A DNA stretch of 64,000 bases from Candidatus Zixiibacteriota bacterium (GCA_043819555.1 JBDREQ010000039.1:1453-65452); one strand, 5' to 3'; positions 29,306 through 39,867 are shown, counted from the stretch's first letter. A program made the numbers and translations. Notes: generated by a model from the letters alone, not told the origin.

Positions 29306-31089
29306 TAATCATCTGAATCAAGTTGACTGCAGGGTAATGAGATAGTAAATGTCGTGCCTTGTCCTTTCACGGAATCGACCCAAATATCACCGCCATGATT
29401 TTTTATAATTTTCAGACAATTGGCCAGGCCTAATCCATGACCTCCTTGCTTGGTAGTAAAGTTCGGCTCAAATATTTTTTCAATATTGTTTTCCGGAATA
29501 CCCGCGCCGTTATCGGAGACGCAAACCAATAGAGTATTCGAATTGTCGCCCAATTTGCACTGCAATTCAATTGAAGGATTGTCAGCTTCTTCCAAAGCAT
29601 CGGCGGCATTATTTAGGAGATTAAGCAATACTTGCTGGATTTGGCCAACATCGATATTAACCTCAGGCAACTCTCCCCCACACAACATCTTCATTTCAAT
29701 TTGCGCAAATCGCCTCTGAGTTTTTATGGTAAATAAAACATCATCCAATAGATGTTTGATGTCAAACTTGACCATTTCGGTTTCAAGCTTGGAAAAATCC
29801 ATAAGGCCATTTGTAAATCTCTTGATTTTACCGATATTGTCAACGACGCTGCGAATACTCTTGTCAACTTTGTCATACTGCCTCCGGTCAATGTTAATCT
29901 GAATCAGCTCGGCATTATTGGATATGATTGAAAGAAAATTATTCAATTCATGCCCAATGGAAGCAGCCATCTCGCCTTTGGCAACCAGTTTTTCTGACAG
30001 GATTACATATTTCTCAAGTATCACATTTTCGGTAATATCCTCAACAATGAGAATGGCTCCGGTTTTTTGGCCCGGCAGAGAATTGGTCCTTGACATTTTC
30101 AATGACAGTACTTTTTCTTCATATCCGGTATTATGAAAATACCGATCTTCTACAAAATCGCCCACTCCTGATATTACCGGTTCAATCATCTTGCGCCATT
30201 TATCATATTCCTTTTCCGGCACAAGATCGATAAAATTATTCTGACCTCTCTCGTTAGCGCCGTCAATGATTGAACCTTTATTTACCTGGAATATCTTAAA
30301 ACTAACATCGTTTATGGTGATAAGATTATAATCCGAATCAATCACTATGATTCCGACGGGGGATTGATCAATTATATCCTCATTGTATTGCTTCATGCGA
30401 CTCAGATGGCCGTAGAGCTGGGCGTTATGAATAGCAATTGCCGCCTGCTGTGAAAACAATTCAAATAAATATAAATCGGATTTCAAAAACAGCTTGGCCT
30501 GAGACGAGTTATCAAGATAGACAACTCCAATTACCTTGTTTTTAAGCTTAAGCGGAACGCACATGATTGAGCGGAGATGTAATTCGACAATCGATTTTTG
30601 ACTGGAATATCTTTCATCCTCCAGCGCGTCCGAAGTATAAATCGCATTTCCCGATTGTACGACTTTATTGGCTATTGAAAACGAAATCTTAAAAGTATCG
30701 TCCTGCGTTTCTTCATGGCGAATATTATGAGCGGTTTTGTACTGCAGCGTCCCATCTCTATCGAGCAACATAATAAAACCGCGTTCAGCCGAAAGTAATT
30801 CCACGGCCTTTTCCATAACGACCTGGAGAACATCTTCCAGGATTAAGGCTGAATTGATTCCGACTGAGATTTCCAAAATGGCTTTGAGATCATCGAGCCG
30901 AATCTTGTGAGTGTCAGCTTCTTCTGATATGCGAGGATTATTGCTGACTATATCATTCAGTGTCTTTTCCATTTCAGCCAGTACATTGTCGACCTGAAAT
31001 CGGTCTGTTGTTGAGCCCACATCGTCCCCCGATGATTTCGTATTCTCCACCCCCGTTTTATTCATATCTTTTTTCATAAAATTGGACAT
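29305..31089 (-). CDS. Cytoplasmic GAF-PAS sensor histidine kinase
   Basis: GAF (AERGFIML, SIMCVPL), PAS, H-box GHELNN, N-box LLNNAADA, DNGAGI, GHGLGL; TAATG overlap with the kinase gene. Confidence 0.92.
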   Translation of the reverse strand: MSNFMKKDMNKTGVENTKSSGDDVGSTTDRFQVDNVLAEMEKTLNDIVSNNPRISEEADTHKIRLDDLKAILEISVGINSALILEDVLQVVMEKAVELLSAERGFIMLLDRDGTLQYKTAHNIRHEETQDDTFKISFSIANKVVQSGNAIYTSDALEDERYSSQKSIVELHLRSIMCVPLKLKNKVIGVVYLDNSSQAKLFLKSDLYLFELFSQQAAIAIHNAQLYGHLSRMKQYNEDIIDQSPVGIIVIDSDYNLITINDVSFKIFQVNKGSIIDGANERGQNNFIDLVPEKEYDKWRKMIEPVISGVGDFVEDRYFHNTGYEEKVLSLKMSRTNSLPGQKTGAILIVEDITENVILEKYVILSEKLVAKGEMAASIGHELNNFLSIISNNAELIQINIDRRQYDKVDKSIRSVVDNIGKIKRFTNGLMDFSKLETEMVKFDIKHLLDDVLFTIKTQRRFAQIEMKMLCGGELPEVNIDVGQIQQVLLNLLNNAADALEEADNPSIELQCKLGDNSNTLLVCVSDNGAGIPENNIEKIFEPNFTTKQGGHGLGLANCLKIIKNHGGDIWVDSVKGQGTTFTISLPCSQLDSDD

Positions 31090-31152
31090 ACGTACTCCGC
31101 TTGGTTGTTTCTAACTACTCAAATTATCGGCAGTTATGCGGAAAAATATTAA

Positions 31153-31839
31153 CTAATCTGACTCTGTTTCCAGCTGATCAATTTTGAATTGTGGAGATGT
31201 AATACGATAAGTTATTTCACCAAATCCGATTACTTCCAGGAATTTTCCCAGAACAGAACCGAGAAAACTATCTTCTGCTGAAGTTTGGCCGGTTTTGGCT
31301 GAAAACTCGGAGATTTGATTGATTTCGGATGGCGATATTGAACGAGACATAATCTCAACATTAAATCTAAAATGTTCATCGACGGGGAACCGGGCGAGCA
31401 GTGTTAGCCTAAACTGAAGAGAGTCAGCGAGATAATCGGATAGATCCATTTGATTTGAAAATAATTTTGATTCTTTGGAGTTTGGAGAAAACCTGATGCC
31501 ATAATTATCTTTGGTCAGATCATGATTTAGAAGTATGGCTATTTTGCTCTCAAAAACTGATCTGTAACCAATAAGTTTTTGGGGCTTTTCAACTTTGAAT
31601 CGAAGATTTAGAAAAATATCCAGACCGGTTAACAAATCTTCCAAAACCGGCTGGGTCAAAACGGGAGTCAAATCCAGCCAAATTGAGATTGAATCGTTCG
31701 ATCCATAAATATCGTAATCAAATTCTATAGATTCATCATCAGCGTAAGTTACGGAAATAAGGACGCAATAGATTAAAAACAGAAATATTGCGCCCATTTT
31801 GCAAATATTGTTTGTTGCCATTACCAGTTTACAAATCAA
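31153..31839 (-). CDS. Hypothetical periplasmic protein (DUF4390-like)
   Basis: Signal-like N-terminus; context beside an NtrYX-like pair; family call tentative. Confidence 0.5.
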   Translation of the reverse strand: MICKLVMATNNICKMGAIFLFLIYCVLISVTYADDESIEFDYDIYGSNDSISIWLDLTPVLTQPVLEDLLTGLDIFLNLRFKVEKPQKLIGYRSVFESKIAILLNHDLTKDNYGIRFSPNSKESKLFSNQMDLSDYLADSLQFRLTLLARFPVDEHFRFNVEIMSRSISPSEINQISEFSAKTGQTSAEDSFLGSVLGKFLEVIGFGEITYRITSPQFKIDQLETESD

Positions 31840-31848
31840 AACAGCCTA

Positions 31849-33660
31849 TTAATCAAGGAAAGTTGAAATATCGCCAACCGCTACGAATCGAGCGTAAAAA
31901 ATTGGGTAATGGTTATCCTGATCCAGACGCTTTGATATAAATATCTTTAAATTGCTGTCAATATCAACGCCGACACTTATAGAGCTATACCATTTGTCAC
32001 TGGAATTCAACCGATTCTCTGATATTTTGCCCCCGTCGTACCTGATAAATGGACTTAAGTCGGATTTTGGAATACTAAAGAGGTATTCAATTCCGGCATA
32101 AACAAATTCATTCCCTCGAAATTCTTTATGTCGATACCCGTGCATGGTTCCCAAACCGCCTATAAAGAATTGACGGTTGAGCGGTATGCATTCACCTGAT
32201 AAATAACCGTAAGCGCCGGTTAGATTCAAATACTGATAGCGATTGAACCGGTTATAACGATCAAGTCGAACCTCAAATCGTTTAAAATCAAAGTCTCCGT
32301 TATACTCCTCCGGAGAGTATTCATATCGGGCATACCCGAGCCAGCCCCGGCGGGGATTCTTTTCATCATCTCGATTATCAATTGTATATGTCAGCATCAG
32401 ACTGCTTACCGTTTTATCCTCAAAGTCAGCTTTCAGATTTTGTAATTCACCGTGAGGTACCATATTATAATTGCCTCGAAATTCCTTATTTCCGAATACT
32501 GACCATAAAAACGGATGGGCATCAAGCCAGCGCTGTTTTTCCGACAAATATCCGATTTCAAACCGATTCCACCCCCACGGACTAAACCGAACATAACCAT
32601 AACCGCCCTCAGCCTCATAAAAATCTTTCCAGTCCTCATTGAAAAACAACGCAAATATTGTATTCTCATTATCTGAAATGATCAGATCATCGCTCGATTT
32701 TAGTAACCGATATGCGCGGCCGCCCAGCTCCAGAGGCATTTTGCCTCGTATCACCGTTTGAGACACCGACAGGCTGTATCTCCATCGTTTGGAGGCGAAG
32801 GCATATCCACCCTTAAGATCGAATGACGGCAAAAGCGAATCGGCGTGGCGGTATTTTATACCCGAGAATAATGACAGGCCGTCAACACGATTATAAGAAG
32901 CATCGCCACTCAGCCTGATATCGCTGTCGTAACTTTTCCAGCGCCGCGCCCTGGATCTTCTCGTGGTTCGTTGCCCTTTTTTCGATTTTATTTCACCATA
33001 AATTGATGATTTTTTATCGAGACGAACCCGGCCCATAACAGATATTACGTCACCCCTGACAACCGCCTTACTGCCAATGGTAATATCTCCCATTAAAGCG
33101 ATGACGTCTTTGTTTACTTCGCCATCGACTGTGATATCGCCGCGAAAAGCGATAACCGATCCCCGCAAAAAACCGTACTCTTCAACATTGAGTAAATTCT
33201 TAAAGGATAGTTTATCCCGTGTACGTCTCCGAAATGATGACTCCCGTTTTTCTGCATCATGGCCGGTAAATTCAAGAATATATTCGCCTTCAGCTTCTCC
33301 TGAAGTATAATTTATCATTTTTACATCTTCGAATAAGAGAGAAAACTCGGGAGACTCGATTCCTGTCCTATCAATAGTAAAATCGGGGCCGCAGGAAATC
33401 GTTCCGTTCTGATAAGTGAAATCACTGATATTGAAAACGTAATTACGCAATTCTCCATTGGCAAAAACAACAAATTCCCAGGTATCGGAATCCGCGATCA
33501 ATTTGGCCAACTGGTTTTGTGAAGTATCCGGGGCGTAGGTTTTATAATCGTCCGCGAATACCTGCGGCGTGGCGCAGATTGCTATCGCCATTATCATCAG
33601 ACTTACTTTAATCCATCTAAACATATCGATCTCCTCCATATTTATTATGGAGACATACAA
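31849..33660 (-). CDS. Omp85/BamA-TamA-family outer-membrane protein with bactofilin-like beta-helix segment
   Basis: Signal peptide; YNRVDGL; FFIGGLGTMHGY..KEFRGN lid-loop motif; GDITVDGEV/GDVI repeats. Confidence 0.75.
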   Translation of the reverse strand: MYVSIINMEEIDMFRWIKVSLMIMAIAICATPQVFADDYKTYAPDTSQNQLAKLIADSDTWEFVVFANGELRNYVFNISDFTYQNGTISCGPDFTIDRTGIESPEFSLLFEDVKMINYTSGEAEGEYILEFTGHDAEKRESSFRRRTRDKLSFKNLLNVEEYGFLRGSVIAFRGDITVDGEVNKDVIALMGDITIGSKAVVRGDVISVMGRVRLDKKSSIYGEIKSKKGQRTTRRSRARRWKSYDSDIRLSGDASYNRVDGLSLFSGIKYRHADSLLPSFDLKGGYAFASKRWRYSLSVSQTVIRGKMPLELGGRAYRLLKSSDDLIISDNENTIFALFFNEDWKDFYEAEGGYGYVRFSPWGWNRFEIGYLSEKQRWLDAHPFLWSVFGNKEFRGNYNMVPHGELQNLKADFEDKTVSSLMLTYTIDNRDDEKNPRRGWLGYARYEYSPEEYNGDFDFKRFEVRLDRYNRFNRYQYLNLTGAYGYLSGECIPLNRQFFIGGLGTMHGYRHKEFRGNEFVYAGIEYLFSIPKSDLSPFIRYDGGKISENRLNSSDKWYSSISVGVDIDSNLKIFISKRLDQDNHYPIFYARFVAVGDISTFLD

Positions 33661-33767
33661 ATCACATGCCTGATATTAATTTCATTATTGCGTCGCAACT
33701 TACGAGAATCCAATTGAATTCACCATGTATTTTTTACACGATACCTTAGGTTCTGACTGAGTATAAT

Positions 33768-35120
33768 TTACATTATTTTGAGTGATTTCAATTTTCGGGA
33801 TAGATTCCCGCGATCAATATTTAAATGCCGGGCTATCGCGGCGATATTGCCATCGTGCTTCTGATATAAATCAGAAAGAAATCCCTTTTCAAATTGGCGC
33901 ACGGCATGAGTAAGTTTATTCTCATCTCTTACAGAATCAAAATTAAAATCGCCTTTCCCCCACTGAAGCATTTCTTCAATCATTCCGACTGTAATTTCGC
34001 AGGGTTCGAATGTAAACATTATTTGCTGAACGAAATTTCTTAACTGTCTGATATTCCCTGGCCAGCCTTGGGCAGCCAGATATCCGAAAGCATCGGTTGA
34101 AAAAGAATAATGTTTTTCCGCGGCATCGGACTGTAGAAAATGATTAATCAAAAGTGGAATGTCTTCCACCCGGTCTTTCAAAGCTGGCACTTCTATAGAT
34201 ATCACATTGAGCCGGTAATACAGATCTTCGCGAAAAGAAGATGACTCTATTTGTTTCTTTAAGTTCTGGTTTGTGGCCGCCATTATATGGCAATTAGAAT
34301 TCTGAGTCGCATCAGAACCGACCTTTTCGAATTGACCCGATTCCAAAACGCGCAATAATTTAGTCTGTGCGGCCAGCGACAAATCTCCTATTTCATCAAG
34401 AAAGAGCGTTCCCTGCCCGGCTTTTTCGAACCTGCCGATTCTATCCTGTTGAGCTCCCGTAAAAGCGCCCTTAACATGACCGAATAATTCTGATTCAAAT
34501 AGATTTTCAGGAATAGCCGGGCAATTGACTATTACCAGGGGCTCCCCCCGGCGGGAGGACTTATAGTGAATATTATAAACGACTAATTCCTTACCGACGC
34601 CGTTTTCACCGGTAATTAAAATAGTCGCGTTGCTGTCTGCGGCTTTTGCGATTAGTTGTTTCATCCTCCGGATTGGTTCCGATTGTCCGATAATCGCATA
34701 CTTATCCAGAATTTTCTTAGATAAATTCTCCTCGGTTTTAAGCGACTTGCTCAGTCTCAAGGCGTGCCTGATGGTAATGAGTACTCGTTCAGGTACAAGC
34801 GGTTTTTCAATAAAATCGAAACTCCCCAGTTTAATTGCCATTACGGCCGTCGGTATATCCGATTTGCCCGAGATAATTATGACCGGAGTATTTTTAAGGC
34901 GATCGCCATTGTCGTCCAGAAATGTAATTCCATCCTTGCCCGGCATTTGAATATCAAGAAGGATCAGGTCAATATCCTGTCTTTTTAATATCTTTTCACC
35001 TTGTTCAGCCGATTCGACCGCAACCGTTTCGTACCCTTCATCGATCAGCATGCCGGATAGAGAGCTCCGAATGTATTTTTCATCGTCAATAATTAATATC
35101 ATGGCTTTCATCTTCCTCAA
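33768..35120 (-). CDS. sigma54-dependent response regulator (NtrX/NtrC-like)
   Basis: REC (IIDDE, LLDIQMP), GENGVGKE, GAFTGA, LFLDEIG, C-terminal HTH. Confidence 0.93.
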   Translation of the reverse strand: MRKMKAMILIIDDEKYIRSSLSGMLIDEGYETVAVESAEQGEKILKRQDIDLILLDIQMPGKDGITFLDDNGDRLKNTPVIIISGKSDIPTAVMAIKLGSFDFIEKPLVPERVLITIRHALRLSKSLKTEENLSKKILDKYAIIGQSEPIRRMKQLIAKAADSNATILITGENGVGKELVVYNIHYKSSRRGEPLVIVNCPAIPENLFESELFGHVKGAFTGAQQDRIGRFEKAGQGTLFLDEIGDLSLAAQTKLLRVLESGQFEKVGSDATQNSNCHIMAATNQNLKKQIESSSFREDLYYRLNVISIEVPALKDRVEDIPLLINHFLQSDAAEKHYSFSTDAFGYLAAQGWPGNIRQLRNFVQQIMFTFEPCEITVGMIEEMLQWGKGDFNFDSVRDENKLTHAVRQFEKGFLSDLYQKHDGNIAAIARHLNIDRGNLSRKLKSLKIM

Positions 35121-36543
35121 CCTCGCCCGTCACCTCAAATCGGGCGATTGTCTGTCCGTCACTTGAATTAATCTTAAATCGACCTCCGTGCTCGATTATA
35201 ATTTTCTCAGCAATCGTTAATCCCAATCCGGTTCCATTTGGCCGGGTTGTGAAATACGGCATAGTTGCCGATTTTAGAGCCTGAACGTCGATATTCGCCG
35301 CATCATTAACAACTTCAAAATAAACTTTATTGCCGCTTGTACTATTAGATATTTTAATTATGCCATTCGGTACGCAAAATTCAATGGCATTTTTTATAAT
35401 ATTGACCATAACTTCGCGCAATCGATCGGCATCCCCTTTGATTAAGCACTTCTTTGGGGCCTGATTGAATTCAAAATCGAATTGATCAAGTTGCCCCCGA
35501 TGCAGCGTTACGACTTCACGGCACAGTTGATTGAGGTCCATTAATCGTAGTTTTATTTCGGGCATCTTCGACAGAGAACTATAATCATTGGCCATTCTTT
35601 CAAGATGGGAAATTTCGCTTGAAATAGCTTCGAGAGAATCAGAGTAATCCTTGTACTCCGGCCTGTTTTTCAATTTATTCTTAAGGCGATAAAGAGAAAT
35701 TGAAATCGGCGTCAAGGGATTTTTTAATTCATGAGCCATACGGCGGGCAAATTCCTGCCAGGCTGCCATCCGCTCCGCGGATACGAGTTTCTGACGATTA
35801 TCTTCGAGATCCGCGACCATTTTTTTAAATGAACGGAATAGATTATTTACTTCATCGGTTCCCCAAATTTCGATTTCAGGCAATTCCCCGCTCGAAATTT
35901 TCCGGGACGCATCAGCTAAACTCTCAAGGGGGATTGTAATAGATGCAGATAATCGTCTTGACATATAATACGCCGCTCCGCCGACAATTACAAAAACTAA
36001 AAGCCCTCCGTAAATTATAAATTGCAAAAGACCCGGCTGGATATTTCGATAATGACGGCTCTCGCGAAGGCTCATCGCGGCGGCTTCAAAACCATTCAAA
36101 TATTCAGCGCGCATTATAAAACCGCCGGATCTTTTAATATTCCCAACTTCTGAGGAAGCCCCCAGGATAATATAATCATCTCCAACGTCACGAATAAATT
36201 GGCCGGAAGGCTCAAATGATATGAAGATCGAATCAGGCATTTCAATAAACTCGTCAGATTTGATAACAACCGTTGTCTGCCCGGAATCAATAACTATCCA
36301 ATCAAGGGAATTTGAAACTTCTCTAATATGATTTTGAATAATTAAGTTCATGGCAATTACCTGCAATTTCGATTCGACCAGACGCATTGAATTGATGGTT
36401 CGGTCTGGAGATAGATCTTCCATTATCTTATCCGAAGACTGAATTGTCAAATCAAGAAGATAATACCCGGCCAATACGATTATCAATGATGGAGCCAATG
36501 CGAATAAAATGAGATGACGGAATATTTTTGAGCGCAAATACAT
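35086..36543 (-). CDS. Membrane HAMP histidine kinase (NtrY-like)
   Basis: Two TMs, HAMP, AWQEFARRMAHELKNPLTPI, GTGLGL. Confidence 0.9.
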   Translation of the reverse strand: MYLRSKIFRHLILFALAPSLIIVLAGYYLLDLTIQSSDKIMEDLSPDRTINSMRLVESKLQVIAMNLIIQNHIREVSNSLDWIVIDSGQTTVVIKSDEFIEMPDSIFISFEPSGQFIRDVGDDYIILGASSEVGNIKRSGGFIMRAEYLNGFEAAAMSLRESRHYRNIQPGLLQFIIYGGLLVFVIVGGAAYYMSRRLSASITIPLESLADASRKISSGELPEIEIWGTDEVNNLFRSFKKMVADLEDNRQKLVSAERMAAWQEFARRMAHELKNPLTPISISLYRLKNKLKNRPEYKDYSDSLEAISSEISHLERMANDYSSLSKMPEIKLRLMDLNQLCREVVTLHRGQLDQFDFEFNQAPKKCLIKGDADRLREVMVNIIKNAIEFCVPNGIIKISNSTSGNKVYFEVVNDAANIDVQALKSATMPYFTTRPNGTGLGLTIAEKIIIEHGGRFKINSSDGQTIARFEVTGEVEEDESHDINY

Positions 36544-36548
36544 ATGAT

Positions 36549-37124
36549 TTATATATTATGCCGTTTGCGATACAGAGTTAACGCATCTCGGTGAGCCTGA
36601 AAAGCGATATTCTCCGGAATATTTCCGAAATCAAAATAAACCGCCCGGGTGGCATCATCACCTGGAGAAAGTTTGCCCCCAACGACATTGGCGTAATAGA
36701 GTACCAGGACGGCGTGAGTGCGGGGATCGTCCATGCCCATAAAGACATCGAACATCGACTGAATAGAAATATCAAGACCCGTTTCTTCTTTTATTTCCCG
36801 AATGGCGGTTTGCTGCGGATGTTCATCCCATTCAACAAACCCGGCCGGGATACACCAATCACCCAGCCCGGGGTTAATAGAGCGTTTGACCAAAAGGATG
36901 CTATCGTCTTTGACGATAATAGCCCCTGCGGCAGGGGCAGGGTTTTGATAATAGATAAAACCGCATGACCCGCAATGAGGCCGAATCGCCTCTTCAATCT
37001 TAGATATTTCCAGCTTATTTCCGCATCGCGGACAATATTGATAGCCATTGTAGTCGTTAAATTTCTGAAATTGTCTGCCGCTGATAAGATATTTGAGATC
37101 ATTGTCATTCATTGCCGTTCGCAC
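36549..37124 (-). CDS. NUDIX hydrolase with N-terminal zinc ribbon
   Basis: YCPRCG..CGSCG, YQNP, AGFVEWDEHPQQTAIREIKEETG. Confidence 0.9.
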   Translation of the reverse strand: MRTAMNDNDLKYLISGRQFQKFNDYNGYQYCPRCGNKLEISKIEEAIRPHCGSCGFIYYQNPAPAAGAIIVKDDSILLVKRSINPGLGDWCIPAGFVEWDEHPQQTAIREIKEETGLDISIQSMFDVFMGMDDPRTHAVLVLYYANVVGGKLSPGDDATRAVYFDFGNIPENIAFQAHRDALTLYRKRHNI

Positions 37125-39360
37125 CGTTCATTTTCAGGACAACGATAGTCGTGTCATCTTCGGCTGTTTGTGCCGGGGAGAAATCCCGCACCTCATTTAA
37201 TATTCCGGCCTGAATCTGTTCCGCGGTTTTATGCCGATTACTCACCAAATAATCAAGAATTCGATTTTCGCCGTATTCTTCTTCACTTGCATTCATGGCT
37301 TCAGAAAGCCCATCCGTATAAAGGAAAAGCAAATCATCCGGCTCAAGTTTTACCTTCACCGATTGGTATAAAACATTTTCAAAAGCTCCAATCACGGTTC
37401 CGCCCGCTTCCAGATATTCATAATTTCCATTAGAACGAATTAATATGGGGTAATTGTGACCGGCATTCGAAAATTCAAATTCGCCGGAATTGGGTTTAAA
37501 CTTTCCGAAAAATAGCGTCGCATATTTTTCAGATGATGATGACAGGCAGGAGACAATATTATTGACATTTGTCAGGGTTTCCGATACCTCTCGATTATTT
37601 CTAATTTCGCTTCTCAGAGTCGCCTGAATCTGGGCCGCCAAAAGAGCCGCCGGCATTCCCTTGCCGGAAATATCGGCAACAACCATTCCAACTCCACCAT
37701 CATTGTCGGTTTTGACAAAATCATAAAAATCTCCGCCAACTGTTCGCGAAGGTTCACTATGTGCGCAAATTGTAAAATTCTTTCCCTGGGGCGGAGTATC
37801 CGGCAGTAGTTCGATTTGAATCTGGCGAGCCAGATTCATTTCTTCTTCAAGGCGCTGCTTTACGAGAGAATCGTGATATAACCTCACGTTTGACAGGACG
37901 ACAATCATTTGATTGGCCAACGTCGCCAGTACCGTAAAATCTTCATAGGCGAATTTGAAACCGGTACTTTTATCGGTCAGGGCCATAAAACCGACCAAAT
38001 GCTCTCCTTCATTCAAAGGAACCACCAGATGTATGCCATCAGCCCCCATTATAGTCGCCAGCGGTGAACCCCTTTGCCAGCTTTCAATTCGGTCATAAAA
38101 AGTCGGGGCTTTCAATTGGCCAATCGCGCCCAACATTGGATCGGTATTGCTCAGTCGAGATTCAACCTTCCCCCCCACCGGAAAATAAAGATAGGTTTTA
38201 CTGGCGTCGTCATAAATTGAAAATCCAACTCCTTCGACCAGCATATTAGATTTTAATGTATCTTCTACGACCTTAAAAAGTCGCCGCCGGTCGAGAATAT
38301 TTATAATCTTTGACGATAAGCGATTCATGATGTTCCGATAGTCGGAACGATCGCGAATAAACAACCCCTTAATAATATTGTCAACGTAGTTATTGATTGG
38401 CTGGAATAAAATCAGGGCAACAATAATAAAACCAATATTGATGAGCGGCAGCTGTTGATCGAAAAAGGATTGAAGAACCGCCGAAAACTGGGTGATTATA
38501 ATAACATAAGCGCCTACCAAAAGCGCTGAAGAAACTGTATAAACCAGAGATTGCCTTAGGATTAACCTGATGTCTAAAAATTGATAGCGGATTATCGCCC
38601 AGGCGATAGAACTGACACCGATAACAAGGGCAAGAATCGTCAGAAGCGATGTCCATAGTTCTGATATTTCTATCATAAACAGGTTGGGCAGGATAAATGC
38701 AAATATATATAAGCCCAGGGATGCATGAATCCCCATAATAATGATGCGAACCTGCTTTCTTAAACGGTCGGCCTTGACATGCCGCATTCCCCGATACAAA
38801 TAGATTACGGCAAATATTACATAAGTGAGATTTATGAGCGCAAAAAACTTTTTATGCGACGCCAGGATTAGGCCGATTGGTACCATTAACCACTGGAACA
38901 CAGATAAAATCGGATCGAGCAGGCTCGTCAGCCAATTCTCCTGACCAGGCTTGACTGTAAACCAATTCAATAACTGATCCGTATCGGAAACAAAAAGAAC
39001 CAAAATAACATGGAAGAAATGGGGAAGAAAAATTAAAAACCGCCAGCGGATTTTTTTGCCGGCCAGCCGGTCATACGGAAATATCCAGGAGAAATAAAGC
39101 AAAACCGGGAAAAACAATTCCCAGATATAGAACATATTATAAAGATATGATTCTTTGAGGGGCGCACCGCTTTGATACGGAGAAATAACCGTGCCCAGCG
39201 CGGCGAAAATCGGCCCCAGCCCCGCCAAAAACAGCATTATTGAGGTTATGCGATTAAGGCGTATCTTGAATGAATCCCTTATGATCAGAATCGAAAGGAA
39301 AATCAGTCCAAAGCCGAACCCAAAATATATCAGCGCAAATATGAGAGCCTGTGTACCCAT
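37105..39360 (-). CDS. Membrane-bound GAF / SpoIIE (PP2C) phosphatase, RsbU-like
   Basis: Multiple N-terminal TMs, GAF-like region, VGGDFYD, VADISGKG, NAGH, YTDGLSEA, DDTT. Confidence 0.9.
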   Translation of the reverse strand: MGTQALIFALIYFGFGFGLIFLSILIIRDSFKIRLNRITSIMLFLAGLGPIFAALGTVISPYQSGAPLKESYLYNMFYIWELFFPVLLYFSWIFPYDRLAGKKIRWRFLIFLPHFFHVILVLFVSDTDQLLNWFTVKPGQENWLTSLLDPILSVFQWLMVPIGLILASHKKFFALINLTYVIFAVIYLYRGMRHVKADRLRKQVRIIIMGIHASLGLYIFAFILPNLFMIEISELWTSLLTILALVIGVSSIAWAIIRYQFLDIRLILRQSLVYTVSSALLVGAYVIIITQFSAVLQSFFDQQLPLINIGFIIVALILFQPINNYVDNIIKGLFIRDRSDYRNIMNRLSSKIINILDRRRLFKVVEDTLKSNMLVEGVGFSIYDDASKTYLYFPVGGKVESRLSNTDPMLGAIGQLKAPTFYDRIESWQRGSPLATIMGADGIHLVVPLNEGEHLVGFMALTDKSTGFKFAYEDFTVLATLANQMIVVLSNVRLYHDSLVKQRLEEEMNLARQIQIELLPDTPPQGKNFTICAHSEPSRTVGGDFYDFVKTDNDGGVGMVVADISGKGMPAALLAAQIQATLRSEIRNNREVSETLTNVNNIVSCLSSSSEKYATLFFGKFKPNSGEFEFSNAGHNYPILIRSNGNYEYLEAGGTVIGAFENVLYQSVKVKLEPDDLLFLYTDGLSEAMNASEEEYGENRILDYLVSNRHKTAEQIQAGILNEVRDFSPAQTAEDDTTIVVLKMNGANGNE

Positions 39361-39378
39361 ATTACCAATTAAACGAAC

Positions 39379-39810
39379 CTATAGCTTTTTGACGATTTCC
39401 ACCCGGGTTCCTCCACTCGAACCCCGTGAAACAATTAGATCGTCAACGAAATTCTTTACGATATATATCCCGCGCCCGACTTCTTTTAACAGATTAACAT
39501 CATCGACCGGATTTTCAACTCGGTCAACATTAAATCCTTCACCTTGATCGGTAATTACCACGCGCAGTTCATTCGGGGTAATAGAAAACCTGACTTCAAC
39601 CATTTTTGATATGTCCGATCCATTCCCATGCAAAATCGCGTTATTGACCAACTCGGAAACAGAAATGGCGATATCGGTAACAATGGAAGGATCAATGCCC
39701 GCCTGCAAAAATTTTTCCTCAAGATGCCGGTCAACTTCGGCCAAATAATCGGTGGAGGACGGGATTATTATGCCGTCAGGTAGTATTTCAGTTTTGCTCA
39801 TATGATACAC
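39379..39810 (-). CDS. Anti-sigma factor Ser kinase, RsbW-like
   Basis: SELVNNAILHG, DQGEGF, GRGIYIV. Confidence 0.9.
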   Translation of the reverse strand: MYHMSKTEILPDGIIIPSSTDYLAEVDRHLEEKFLQAGIDPSIVTDIAISVSELVNNAILHGNGSDISKMVEVRFSITPNELRVVITDQGEGFNVDRVENPVDDVNLLKEVGRGIYIVKNFVDDLIVSRGSSGGTRVEIVKKL

Positions 39811-39812
39811 TC

Positions 39813-39843
39813 AAAAAAAAGGCAGGCCATGTCACAACCTGCC
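39813..39843 (-). terminator. Intrinsic terminator or attenuator between STAS gene and RsbW-like gene
   Basis: GGCAGG/CCTGCC stem followed by U8 on the minus strand. Confidence 0.65.
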
Positions 39844-39867
39844 GGATGTTTTTGGGGTTGTGGCAAA

